A DNA stretch of 64,000 nt from Bacteroidales bacterium (lineage in GTDB: Bacteria; Bacteroidota; Bacteroidia; Bacteroidales; PWNQ01), in NCBI GenBank assembly GCA_021738505.1, contig JAIPBW010000002.1, positions 5,231 through 69,230 on the forward strand, read 5' to 3'. Shown one piece after another: positions 18,914 to 27,866 of this stretch. The translations under genes were made by a program, and so were the position numbers. Within the stretch, counting starts at the first letter, position 1. Each line of letters begins with the position of its first letter. The notes below the pieces were generated by a model. It saw only the letters and a list, made by a program, of their open reading frames with translations, was not told where the DNA came from and made no database searches.

Positions 18914-18971
18914 AATGTGCATTGCGTTTATCGGCTACCTTGAGTAACCCTAATAAATAACAATGCACATT
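18914..18971 (-). terminator. 11-bp inverted repeat (possible pepE terminator) abutting the methyltransferase start codon
   Basis: AATGTGCATTG (18914-18924) pairs with CAATGCACATT (18961-18971) across a 36-nt loop. On the minus strand the stem is followed by TTTT and then the ATG at 18909. Confidence 0.35.
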
Positions 18972-19121
18972 CAAAAGTGTTTATTTAGTGTTTGTCCATA
19001 ATGTCCGATATCTGCGTTGTTGCCTGCAGTGCAGTAACTCATTCACCAGAGTAATTCCCTGTAGATGGGTTAAGCGAAATAGAGGTAACAAAAACTGTCA
19101 GATAATCAGACCTTATGAAAT

Positions 19122-19853
19122 CTATTTCAGGAGAAAATCAAGAATGTCACTTGGGTTCAGTTCCCTGGCGTCTTCTTTATGTTTAAAAATACGAAGACTA
19201 TGTTTGCCTTTGAGCATAAGTCTTTCTCCTTCTAACTGGAGCAAGCAACCTTCACGTAAACCAACAACAGTCATATCCGGGTTTACTTTCAAATATTCGT
19301 CTATACGTTGTTCTCTGGTTTCTCCGGCGTGTCCGTCAGGGTTGGCATCCAGGTAATGAGGATTGATTTGGAACGGAATAAGATTGAAGGTTTTAAAGCT
19401 TTCCGGTTCATAAACAGGCATGTCATTTGTAGTCATAAGGGTAGGGCATGCCACATTTGATCCGGCGCTCCAGCCCATGTAAGGTGCACCTTCCATTACT
19501 TTTTCCTGAATAGGTTTGATCAGGTTGTATTTGTGTAACATACCAACCAGGTGAAACGTGTTTCCACCGCCCACTGCAATACTTTCGGCTTCTTTTACGG
19601 CCTGCACAGGGTCTTTTTCTTTGTGGATGGAATAAACTTCATAACCGAGTTCGGCATATACGTTTTGTACCTTTTTCTCATACGCATCATACGAAGCTTC
19701 TATTCCTTCGTCTGATAAGCCTACACCTGCATATGGAATAAATAATACTTTCTTTACATCATCTTTCAGAAAGTCTTTGATATGCTCTTTGGGCCAGTTC
19801 AGATAAGAATCTCCGGCCATAGTGGAATTGCTAATTAAAAGTAGTCGTTTCAT
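19122..19853 (-). CDS. pepE: Dipeptidase E (peptidase S51)
   Basis: MKRLLLISNSTMAGDSYLNW...IAVGGGNTFHL...GWSAGSNVA contains the S51 Ser nucleophile context. Confidence 0.85.
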   Translation of the reverse strand: MKRLLLISNSTMAGDSYLNWPKEHIKDFLKDDVKKVLFIPYAGVGLSDEGIEASYDAYEKKVQNVYAELGYEVYSIHKEKDPVQAVKEAESIAVGGGNTFHLVGMLHKYNLIKPIQEKVMEGAPYMGWSAGSNVACPTLMTTNDMPVYEPESFKTFNLIPFQINPHYLDANPDGHAGETREQRIDEYLKVNPDMTVVGLREGCLLQLEGERLMLKGKHSLRIFKHKEDARELNPSDILDFLLK

Positions 19854-19894
19854 TGTTTTATGTTTTTAATATTTATGTTCAAAATTAACAAAAA

Positions 19895-22588
19895 TCAGAA
19901 GAAGTATGGAAAAATCCCTGCTTTTTTTCGGTAAGTTGACTTGTAGGAGCGTTTGAAATATTTATACCAGGAACCGGGAGCTAATTCTTCCACATGGGTT
20001 TTATAATCTCCTGAAATATTTTTACTGACATCCTGTTGGGCAACAGCCTCGCCAATTTTTTTCTGTAACTCTTTTACCTTTGTCGGGTTTGTATGCTTCT
20101 GATCGAATGTTTTAAGTGTTTCCAGAGCTTTGTAATCTTTTCCCTGATCGAGATACCAGTGGGCAATATAACGTTTAAGTTCCGTGTCTTTATGTTTTCT
20201 GACGAAAGATAACGGAGTCGTTTTTTGAATGCCTTCCCGGGATAAGTTATTTTCTTCAAAGAAAAGAATCATATTCTGAATTTTTCGGGTCAATGCTTTG
20301 TGGTCTTTTTCCTGATATAGCGAGTCCAGCTCTTGCTGCATTTCCGTGTATCTGAATAAGTGTTGATTTTTAGATAGTTTTTCTTGTATCGGATTAACAT
20401 CAATGGAGCACTGCTTATGATTAGACGCCTTTTGAATTACTTTTTTATAATTTTCCCTTGCCAGCAAATAGTTTGCTTTACTCAGATGCAAACTGGCCTT
20501 TTGCTTATAATTCTTTATGGTGTCTTTTACCTGCTGACAATACTTGGATTGTAGTTTTGCTGCAAAATTTTGTAAACTATCTGCGACCTCTTGATCTTGT
20601 GTGAGTAGATATTTTTGCGTGTCATCTCGTGTTTCTTTTAAAATTTCCCTTGCCTGGCTAAACCTTTCGCCCCAGATCTTAAGTTTGCCTTTACTGATTT
20701 TGGATAGAATGACGGGCTTTGCCGATACTCTTATTAAAGAGTCAATGGTGTCATTTTTTTCATAATTGTAATGGGACAAGATATTTTTAGCACTCATAAA
20801 CTTTTGAAGGGCATCTCCCGTTTGATCAGTCGTTAAGTAGGCATATCCTTTTTTTAGGTCTTCACGGTAAACTTTATAATCAATTTCTTCTTTCAGACTA
20901 TCCCGGTAGAATGAGGATTGCAGATAATCTTTATGATCCTGCAAGTATGCGTCTGCTTGATGCACAAGCTCTTCTGCTTTATTGAAGTTGTTTTGTTGAA
21001 AAGCCTCATCGGCATTTTTTAGGTGTTGTTTATATATGCCTTGATGTGCCCGGGAGAGATTCGATTGGATCATAGATCTGCAGTCGTCTGACTTGCAAAG
21101 CTCACTGGCTTCATTCAAATGAGCGAGGGCTTTTTTATATTTCTTTGAGTCAATCATTTGCTGAGCCTGTTCAACAAACAGCTCAGCTACTTTAGTATAC
21201 AATTCCTTTATTGTGTTTGTGGGAATTATGGATTGACTGTTGTCTTGCTGGTATTTATTGACTAGTTTGATGTAATTCAGCGCCAATTCCGGTTTTTCCC
21301 TTTCCAGTGCTTTCCGGGCCACGGAGATATATGCATTATAAATTCCATAGCGCGCATTTGACAAGTGTTTCTGAACACTGCCAGGACATTCATATTGGGG
21401 CGTATTCTGACAGAATTTTTCAGCTCGCTCCATTACAGTAACAGCCTGGTTGAAATCTTCTTCATCCATAAGCATCCTGGCAGAATCTATAAAAGCCTGT
21501 ACCAACTCATCATTGAATCCCATTATCTTGCGATAGGTTTGCGTGTCGGGCTTAAGTTCTTGCAAGATATATTCAATATGTTGAGCCGAGTTGTCAAGTT
21601 TTCCCTGACTTAAATCTAACTTTGCCAGCTCAAGATAAGCAGGAGAGAAGAAAGGATTGGTTTGTACCGACTTTTCGAAATAACTGCGGGCGACCGATGT
21701 ATCATTTTCTAAGTAGTTTAATCCCTCCTGATAATACAGGCGGTCGCGGTTCTTCATCTGATTGTCTATCTTTTGCCGTTTAAAGGCTATTCCTCTTTGC
21801 AGGTTTTTAAAACGAGGCAAAAATCCTAAAGGATCATTTTTTTCCAGATTTAGCAAAGAGAGGTAGCGTTTTTCCTGCATGTTTTCCAGGATGTTTTCGG
21901 CCTCCTTTAAATTAGCACTGTAGATTGGTAACATATTCAAATTACCAATAGTTATTTTTCCTACTTTTTCTAATGCTGCTTTTAAACGGGGATAATCTCT
22001 GTAGTATTGATCAATCGCTCGTGTAATCTCCAGGAATTTATCTTTTTGGTCTTTGTTGTAAATAAGCTGATAGTCAAAAGATAAAAAGTTTAACTTTTTC
22101 AGCTTTATACTATCTGCTAAGGGCTGGTTATTGGCAGGATTCTCTTTTAGATTAACCGTATCAGAATATAAAAGAGTTTGATTACCATATTTAAATTCAT
22201 AATCGCATTTTATCTTATTCGGGATTAAAAAACGCTCAACGGGAAACTTTCTGTAGGTTTTATAACCTCTTATATGGATGCCTTTAATGTGAGTCCGGAG
22301 TTCATTGTTTGAGAGAACAGCCTGATGCTGCCAGTGAATGCTAAATGTTGTATAAGCAAGGATGCGGGGAATGCTTTTGGAAAAGGCTTCGATAAACTCA
22401 TCCGTAATTCGCTGGTTGTTGATGTGTTCCGTTCTGTTGTATTTACGGTGCTCTACAGTCAGGTGTATGGAGTCCTGAAAAAAATTGTGTGTCTCCTGAG
22501 CCATTATCGTCTCAAAAGGTAACAACAATACTATAAATACCTTTGCATAGAAAAATGCATACCTGATCCGTTTCCATTGCCTTTCCAT
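19895..22588 (-). CDS. Hypothetical large alpha-helical (TPR-like) protein with an N-terminal signal or anchor
   Basis: The 897-aa ORF has a hydrophobic N-terminus (VFIVLLLPFETIMAQE). The central part has TPR-like segments (ARSYFEKSVQTNPFFSPAYLELAKLDL). I recognise no catalytic motif. Confidence 0.6.
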   Translation of the reverse strand: MERQWKRIRYAFFYAKVFIVLLLPFETIMAQETHNFFQDSIHLTVEHRKYNRTEHINNQRITDEFIEAFSKSIPRILAYTTFSIHWQHQAVLSNNELRTHIKGIHIRGYKTYRKFPVERFLIPNKIKCDYEFKYGNQTLLYSDTVNLKENPANNQPLADSIKLKKLNFLSFDYQLIYNKDQKDKFLEITRAIDQYYRDYPRLKAALEKVGKITIGNLNMLPIYSANLKEAENILENMQEKRYLSLLNLEKNDPLGFLPRFKNLQRGIAFKRQKIDNQMKNRDRLYYQEGLNYLENDTSVARSYFEKSVQTNPFFSPAYLELAKLDLSQGKLDNSAQHIEYILQELKPDTQTYRKIMGFNDELVQAFIDSARMLMDEEDFNQAVTVMERAEKFCQNTPQYECPGSVQKHLSNARYGIYNAYISVARKALEREKPELALNYIKLVNKYQQDNSQSIIPTNTIKELYTKVAELFVEQAQQMIDSKKYKKALAHLNEASELCKSDDCRSMIQSNLSRAHQGIYKQHLKNADEAFQQNNFNKAEELVHQADAYLQDHKDYLQSSFYRDSLKEEIDYKVYREDLKKGYAYLTTDQTGDALQKFMSAKNILSHYNYEKNDTIDSLIRVSAKPVILSKISKGKLKIWGERFSQAREILKETRDDTQKYLLTQDQEVADSLQNFAAKLQSKYCQQVKDTIKNYKQKASLHLSKANYLLARENYKKVIQKASNHKQCSIDVNPIQEKLSKNQHLFRYTEMQQELDSLYQEKDHKALTRKIQNMILFFEENNLSREGIQKTTPLSFVRKHKDTELKRYIAHWYLDQGKDYKALETLKTFDQKHTNPTKVKELQKKIGEAVAQQDVSKNISGDYKTHVEELAPGSWYKYFKRSYKSTYRKKAGIFPYFF

Positions 22589-22767
22589 TGCTTCTCTACT
22601 ACTGTGATTTTTCTTGTGACAAAGTTATGGTTTTCTTATTTGATGTACTATCATTGAAAACAATAAATTGTTGGTCTGATTTCCATCGGAATTTTAGCAT
22701 ATACTTATTCATTAACCTTTAATAAAAATGGCAAATGGTAAGCCGGGTCTGTTTAAAGGCATATCCT

Positions 22768-23730
22768 TTATTCTCCTTTTTCGATTATATTTTGTGGCGT
22801 TCCTTTTGCATAATTAAGGATATTTTCTTTCACAATATCCGCTCTTATCGCCATTGCTTCATGTGTAGCATAAGCAATATGCGGTAATAGTACTGTATTT
22901 GGGGCTTGCAGCAACGGGTGTTCCGGCTCAATCGGTGGCTCTTTTTCATAAACATCGATACCGGCTCCGCTGATGGTTCCCTTGTCCAATGCTTTTCTTA
23001 AAGCATGAGAATCAACAACAGGACCTCTTGCCGTATTGATCAGGATAGCAGTGTTTTTCATTTTAGATAGTTGCTTTTCTCCGATCAGATGGCGGGTCTG
23101 TTCTGTAGATGGTAGATGCAGGCTTACAATATCCGATTCTCTGAGCAGGGTATCCATCGGGACATATTCAATGCCGGCATTCATTACTTCTTCTCTCTCG
23201 GTTCTGCTAGATGCAATAACTTTTGCCCCCATAGCTTTTAGAATATAAGCTGTTCTTGTGCCTATTGCTCCGGTGCCAATAATCCCTGCTGTTTTTCCGG
23301 CAATTTCTCGGCCTAAAAAGCCATTTCTGCTTTTTTGACTACGTGTATGTTGCTCCAGGGTAGTTATTTTACGCAAAACATCCAAAATGAGTCCAATGGC
23401 TAATTCAGAAACGGCAACCGTGGAATAGCCGGCGGCGTTGCAAACGGTAATTCCTCTTTGGTGGCAGGTCTTCAGATCTATATGATCTACTCCGGTGAAA
23501 GCAACATTCAGCAGTTTTAGTTTTGGTAAGTTATCCAGAATTTCTTTAGTAACCGGTATATTGGAGATCACCATAATATCCGAATCTTTTGCCCGCTCTA
23601 TTATGGTTTCCGGTTGTTCATTTCGCTCCGGATACATATAAAAGTCATGTCCGGCTTCCTGTAATTCATTTTGTATTGACTTATAATGTTCACTGCTTAT
23701 GTTTAGTGGGTCTACAGCTGTTATCTTCAT
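22768..23730 (-). CDS. D-isomer-specific 2-hydroxyacid dehydrogenase (PGDH / glycerate dehydrogenase-like)
   Basis: It has the NAD motif GIIGTGAIGTRTA, NTARG and a catalytic His in LLPHIAYAT. Confidence 0.8.
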   Translation of the reverse strand: MKITAVDPLNISSEHYKSIQNELQEAGHDFYMYPERNEQPETIIERAKDSDIMVISNIPVTKEILDNLPKLKLLNVAFTGVDHIDLKTCHQRGITVCNAAGYSTVAVSELAIGLILDVLRKITTLEQHTRSQKSRNGFLGREIAGKTAGIIGTGAIGTRTAYILKAMGAKVIASSRTEREEVMNAGIEYVPMDTLLRESDIVSLHLPSTEQTRHLIGEKQLSKMKNTAILINTARGPVVDSHALRKALDKGTISGAGIDVYEKEPPIEPEHPLLQAPNTVLLPHIAYATHEAMAIRADIVKENILNYAKGTPQNIIEKGE

Positions 23731-23759
23731 ATGTTTAAAATTTTGTTCCGTGTTCCTTG

Positions 23760-24000
23760 TTCGTTGTTCCGCGTTGTGCTTGCCTCGCTTGTCCCATTGA
23801 TTTTACTCCAATCAACCGGGATGAAACGCGACGGCTAGAGCTGTTTCACCGAGGTTCGCTTTTCTCTAAGTCTCTTCGTTCGCTAATCCCGATAGCTATC
23901 GGGACGCTTAAGTCGCTCAGTTCGCATCATCGCCAACTCGCCGCTTCGCATTTAATCATCTTCCTGTGTACCGAACGCCGCGCCATGGAGGTTCCATATA
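23760..24000. repeat. GC-rich, strand-skewed intergenic island A with an 18-bp perfect palindrome
   Basis: My hand count gives about 52% G+C against visibly AT-rich flanks. The palindrome TCCCGATAGCTATCGGGA is at 23887-23904. GCGAA-type units recur on the minus strand, and GTTCC-type units lie at 23745-23790. The 12-mer TCGCCAACTCGC at 23930-23941 is the reverse complement of 55659-55670. Confidence 0.5.
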
Positions 24001-24188
24001 TTTATTTTTTTGAACACATTAACCAAAAATTATTTGGAGCGTTACAAAAATATCTGTATTCTGTAATTATTTTCGTCATAATCTAGTGCTTACGGCACTT
24101 ATTTCTTTTTGCTGCCAAAAATAGATACTATAGTTTTTCTAATAGTATTCACAGGAACAAGTTCCTTTGTCCGGTGATAGAAAGGTTA

Positions 24189-25265
24189 TTATTTAATCAG
24201 ATCCTTTTGTTTTTCAATAGATTTTAAGACGGTTTCCGGATACAGATAGTTCATACATTCATTGGGACATTTATCATCAAAATAACAGTCACATTCAATT
24301 TCCGGTTCTAAAATGACTCCTTTATTGTAAAGGTAAAATTCATTTTTGTTAAAAATATTGTTAAACAAAATAAGCTGTTTCTTTAGTCCAATAGCGATGT
24401 GTGTTGCCATAGTTACTGCAGTAACAACTATATCCACCTGATTGACTTCATTGATAAAAGTTTGCAGATCAAAATGGCCAAAATATTTAGCTCCGGAGTT
24501 TTGTGCTATACGCTGGTTTCTTTTATGTTCATCGGGGCCTCCAAGTAAAAGAACTTCATAGCCTTTTTCCAGCAAATGTTTTGCCAGTTTCACCCAGTAT
24601 TCTTCCGGCCACAGTCTGGAAAGCCATCGATTACCACAGCCTGTGTTAAGTCCGGCTATAGTTTTGTTATAATCCAGATTCCATTGGGCATTTTCAATAG
24701 TGTCTTCTAAAATATATTCCTCATCCTGGAATGAATATCCGGCTATTTCAAAGATTTCCTGCACATAATGTTTGGTATTCAGCTTATTTTGATCGTCAAA
24801 CAAGCCGGTAATCCATTTATGTATTTCTGCCTCGGAGGAGTATGGTTTACAATGTCCGAATTCGTCTATTGTAAAACCATTCTTTTGAGTAGCTTTGACG
24901 GAGTTCATCAGAGAAATCGCCAGGGGATCTTTGTCCAGGTTGATCGCATGATCAAAGTGCATGTTTTTTATTAGTTCTGTGTTTTCAATGTTGACAGCCA
25001 GTTTACGGTCAACGAAGTCTGTGCTGAGTACTTCCGGGAAATAAGTCAGCCAGACGATCATGCTATCCGGGTATTTTTCTTTGAGTTTTCTTAATAGCGG
25101 TGTAGTGCGGATAACGTCTCCAATAGCACCCAGTTTTATGATGAGTATTTTTTCTGTGATTTTTTTGTATTCCGGGCAGTTATCACAATGATATCCACAG
25201 GCTTTGTGCGGTTGGCAAGGGATATCGCCACGGAAATATTTACAATCAGTATTTATTGATTTCAT
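24189..25265 (-). CDS. Glycosyltransferase family 9 (heptosyltransferase-like) with Cys-rich termini
   Basis: ILIIKLGAIGDVIRTTPLL is a GT9 hallmark. The N-terminal cysteines are in CKYFRGDIPCQPHKACGYHCDNCPEY and the C-terminal ones in ECDCYFDDKCPNEC. Confidence 0.75.
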   Translation of the reverse strand: MKSINTDCKYFRGDIPCQPHKACGYHCDNCPEYKKITEKILIIKLGAIGDVIRTTPLLRKLKEKYPDSMIVWLTYFPEVLSTDFVDRKLAVNIENTELIKNMHFDHAINLDKDPLAISLMNSVKATQKNGFTIDEFGHCKPYSSEAEIHKWITGLFDDQNKLNTKHYVQEIFEIAGYSFQDEEYILEDTIENAQWNLDYNKTIAGLNTGCGNRWLSRLWPEEYWVKLAKHLLEKGYEVLLLGGPDEHKRNQRIAQNSGAKYFGHFDLQTFINEVNQVDIVVTAVTMATHIAIGLKKQLILFNNIFNKNEFYLYNKGVILEPEIECDCYFDDKCPNECMNYLYPETVLKSIEKQKDLIK

Positions 25266-25367
25266 GGGTGATGCTTTTTCAGAATGAAATAATAAGCTAC
25301 GACACGGAACTTATATATTATTAAAACTGCAATTTTATAAATTTATTTTTACAAAAAACAGAATAGA

Positions 25368-26498
25368 TTATGAGTAAATCAAATCAAGAAGTTTTTCTGC
25401 ATTTGAATGATTTGAATAGTGCTCATCCAAAAGAGCATTTCTTCCTTTTAAATCTTCCGTTTTGAATGATGTCTTGAACAATTCATTCAATTTTGCTTTG
25501 ATTTGTTCCGGTGTATTTGCAATATGACAAAGTTTTCTAAATTCCGTGCCACGAACCATAAGGTCATTTACTAAAGCAAACCTGCCCCGGTAAAGAGCAT
25601 TTAAAAGCTTTAATTTCAAACCTGTAGCCTGAAATGTTACTAACAGATTAACATGAGCTTCCTTAATAAGCTCGTTCATTTTTTCCTGAGCCGGATTGGC
25701 AATTAGTTCAGCATTATCAATAGTTTCAACAGCTTTTTTGAGCCGTGGTGTTGGATTCATGCCGGCAATAATAAACTTTCTGGAATATTGCTTAAATACT
25801 TCATTAAGCAAGTAAAGAGCGGCGTTTTCATTTTCAGGCACTTCAAGGTTTCCATGATAAAGCACATAGTCTCCTGCGCCCGCTTTGCAATCAAGTTGAT
25901 CATGCGAATGAAAACTCGGTATAAGTTTTACCTTTAAGTCCGGATAGCGGTATTGCAATTCTTCCTGATCTGCCTTTGATACTACAGCCGCGGCAGAAGC
26001 ATGTTTTATCTTTTTTTCAAAAAATCTGAGTTTGATTGATTCTGTTAAATAATAGGTTTTTAAGTATAGATGACGCGAAGTTGTAAATAAGTTATAGTAA
26101 TAGCGATGCTCAATATTGGATTCACGATACACTTTCGTTCGGCCTTTTAGTTTTGGGTTATCAATATAATAGCAGGAGTGAAGTCCTTCAAATAAAACAG
26201 GGTAATTGTCTTTGAGTAAATTTTGAAGTAAGTCTTTATTTTTACGTGTGGCAATAATGTAGGGTTTGGTTGACAGTGCTTGTTTAAATCCCAACTGACG
26301 TTTGTAGTAATTGACAGATGCACAATACTGTTCAAGTTTGTCGGTACGCTCTCTTCCGGGATATTCAAAACAATGCAAGTGGATCTTTACGTTGTATTGA
26401 TAAAGTGTTCTCAATTTGTGCCATACATCAATAACACCGCCATAATTAGGAGGATATGGAATGTCAAAAGCGATGATATGCAAATGTTTATCAGACAT
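25368..26498 (-). CDS. Glycosyltransferase (GT-B, group 1-like)
   Basis: LHIIAFDIPYPPNYGGVIDV is a glycosyltransferase-type N-terminus. The ORF overlaps the upstream glycosyltransferase gene by 8 nt, consistent with an operon. Confidence 0.65.
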   Translation of the reverse strand: MSDKHLHIIAFDIPYPPNYGGVIDVWHKLRTLYQYNVKIHLHCFEYPGRERTDKLEQYCASVNYYKRQLGFKQALSTKPYIIATRKNKDLLQNLLKDNYPVLFEGLHSCYYIDNPKLKGRTKVYRESNIEHRYYYNLFTTSRHLYLKTYYLTESIKLRFFEKKIKHASAAAVVSKADQEELQYRYPDLKVKLIPSFHSHDQLDCKAGAGDYVLYHGNLEVPENENAALYLLNEVFKQYSRKFIIAGMNPTPRLKKAVETIDNAELIANPAQEKMNELIKEAHVNLLVTFQATGLKLKLLNALYRGRFALVNDLMVRGTEFRKLCHIANTPEQIKAKLNELFKTSFKTEDLKGRNALLDEHYSNHSNAEKLLDLIYS

Positions 26499-27630
26499 AT
26501 TTTCTTAATAATTCCAAAAGAATTTGTTGTTCATTCTTCCAGGTAAGTTTTTCCGCTGCAAATTTAAGATTTTCTTGCCATTTCTGATATTGTTCTTTGT
26601 CCTGAAGAGCAGCCTGTATATTTTCTGCTATTGTCTCTGGTTTGTGGCTGTTGACAATCAGTCCGATGTCATATTCTTTGATGATATGTTTTACTTCAGG
26701 AATATCAGATGCGATTATCGGCGTGTGGGCCTGAATATAATCAAAGAGCTTGTTCGGTAAACTAAATTTGTAGTTTATTGATAAGGGTTTATCCAGCGAA
26801 AATCCAAGATCAGCGATGCGTGTATGTTCCAGTAACTCTTTGTAAGGCATTCGGTTGAGGAATATCACTTTATTATAAAGCTTTTTATCCCCGACAAGTT
26901 TTTTTAGCTTGCCAAAAACATCGCCACTACCAATGATATAAAGTATAGCATCGGGAATATACTCCATAGAAAGCACCAGTTCTTCTGCACCTCTTTGCAC
27001 GTTGATGCCGGCTCCCTGCATTAATAAAATATGTTTGTCTGAAGGAATGCCCAGATCTTGCTTGCTACGTGGATTTGGAATAGATACGGTTTCCGGAACA
27101 TTTCTTATTACATGTACCTTGCGGTTATATTCTTTTTCAAACAACCGTGCGATGGATTGATTAACAGTTATCAATTCGTCAACCCTGGGATAACAAATTC
27201 GTTCAAGAGTTTTCCAGGTCTTTCTTTTTAATGGGGAATGAATAAGCTCAGGAACACCTGTAAAGTACTCGTGGCTGTCCTGGATAACAGGTGCATTACG
27301 GATTTTAGCTACGATGAGGACTGGTAAAACAGTATCCAGGTCGTTAGACCAGAAAAAATTTCCCTTGTGAGATATGAGCCAGACAAACAGGCGGATTTGA
27401 AACTCTAAATACATTAAGATGCCATTCTGAAAAATCATCGGTAAACGATGGGTATGATAATCTCGTTTTTCCAGCGCCGGACTGCCGGGTAGTAAACGTC
27501 CAATCAGGGTTACCTCAAAACCCTGCTCTATTAATGTCCGGCATGTCTTATCAACCCTGCGGTCTGAATATAAATCATTAATTACAGTGACTATAGCTTT
27601 GCGTTTTGGCATCCCGAATGCTTTTGCCAC
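26491..27630 (-). CDS. Glycosyltransferase, group 1
   Basis: It shows a GT-B pattern with the C-terminal region FSLPNKLFDYIQAHTPIIASD. The start could instead be MPKRK at 27612. Confidence 0.7.
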   Translation of the reverse strand: MAKAFGMPKRKAIVTVINDLYSDRRVDKTCRTLIEQGFEVTLIGRLLPGSPALEKRDYHTHRLPMIFQNGILMYLEFQIRLFVWLISHKGNFFWSNDLDTVLPVLIVAKIRNAPVIQDSHEYFTGVPELIHSPLKRKTWKTLERICYPRVDELITVNQSIARLFEKEYNRKVHVIRNVPETVSIPNPRSKQDLGIPSDKHILLMQGAGINVQRGAEELVLSMEYIPDAILYIIGSGDVFGKLKKLVGDKKLYNKVIFLNRMPYKELLEHTRIADLGFSLDKPLSINYKFSLPNKLFDYIQAHTPIIASDIPEVKHIIKEYDIGLIVNSHKPETIAENIQAALQDKEQYQKWQENLKFAAEKLTWKNEQQILLELLRKYV

Positions 27631-27827
27631 GAAAATAAGTAGATTTTGTGAAACGGAAGCAGATAATAATTTAAGTGAATATTTGAAATGAAAAATTCAG
27701 TGGGGAGTTTTTTATTATCAAAGATAGTTTAATGTATAGATAATCAGTATTTAATGTTTTGTTTTAGGTCAAAAATAGTTTTTTCTGCAAATTATTTTTT
27801 TACGATTATTTTTTGGATTTGAATGGT

Positions 27828-27835
27828 TATTTTTG
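27828..27835 (+). promoter_or_regulatory. -7 box for murB
   Basis: TATTTTTG lies 31 nt before the ATG at 27867 and downstream of the ORF-track start at 27813. Confidence 0.45.
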
Positions 27836-27866
27836 CAGTAGAATATTGCTTAAATCAAAACGAATA

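Noticed and set aside
23757-24086. A 109-aa plus-strand ORF covers GC island A. Similar ORFs at 55568-55795 (+) and 55458-55784 (-) cover island B.
   Set aside because: They exist only because GC-rich DNA lacks stop codons. The translations are low-complexity (R, S, L and A rich). One overlaps the ppdK 3' end and terminator. None has promoter or start context.
24086-24112. A plus-strand terminator-like hairpin (AGTGC-ttacg-GCACT followed by a T-rich tract) could end a plus-strand RNA from island A.
   Set aside because: The stem has only 5 bp and the T-run is interrupted. That is too weak to call without transcript data.
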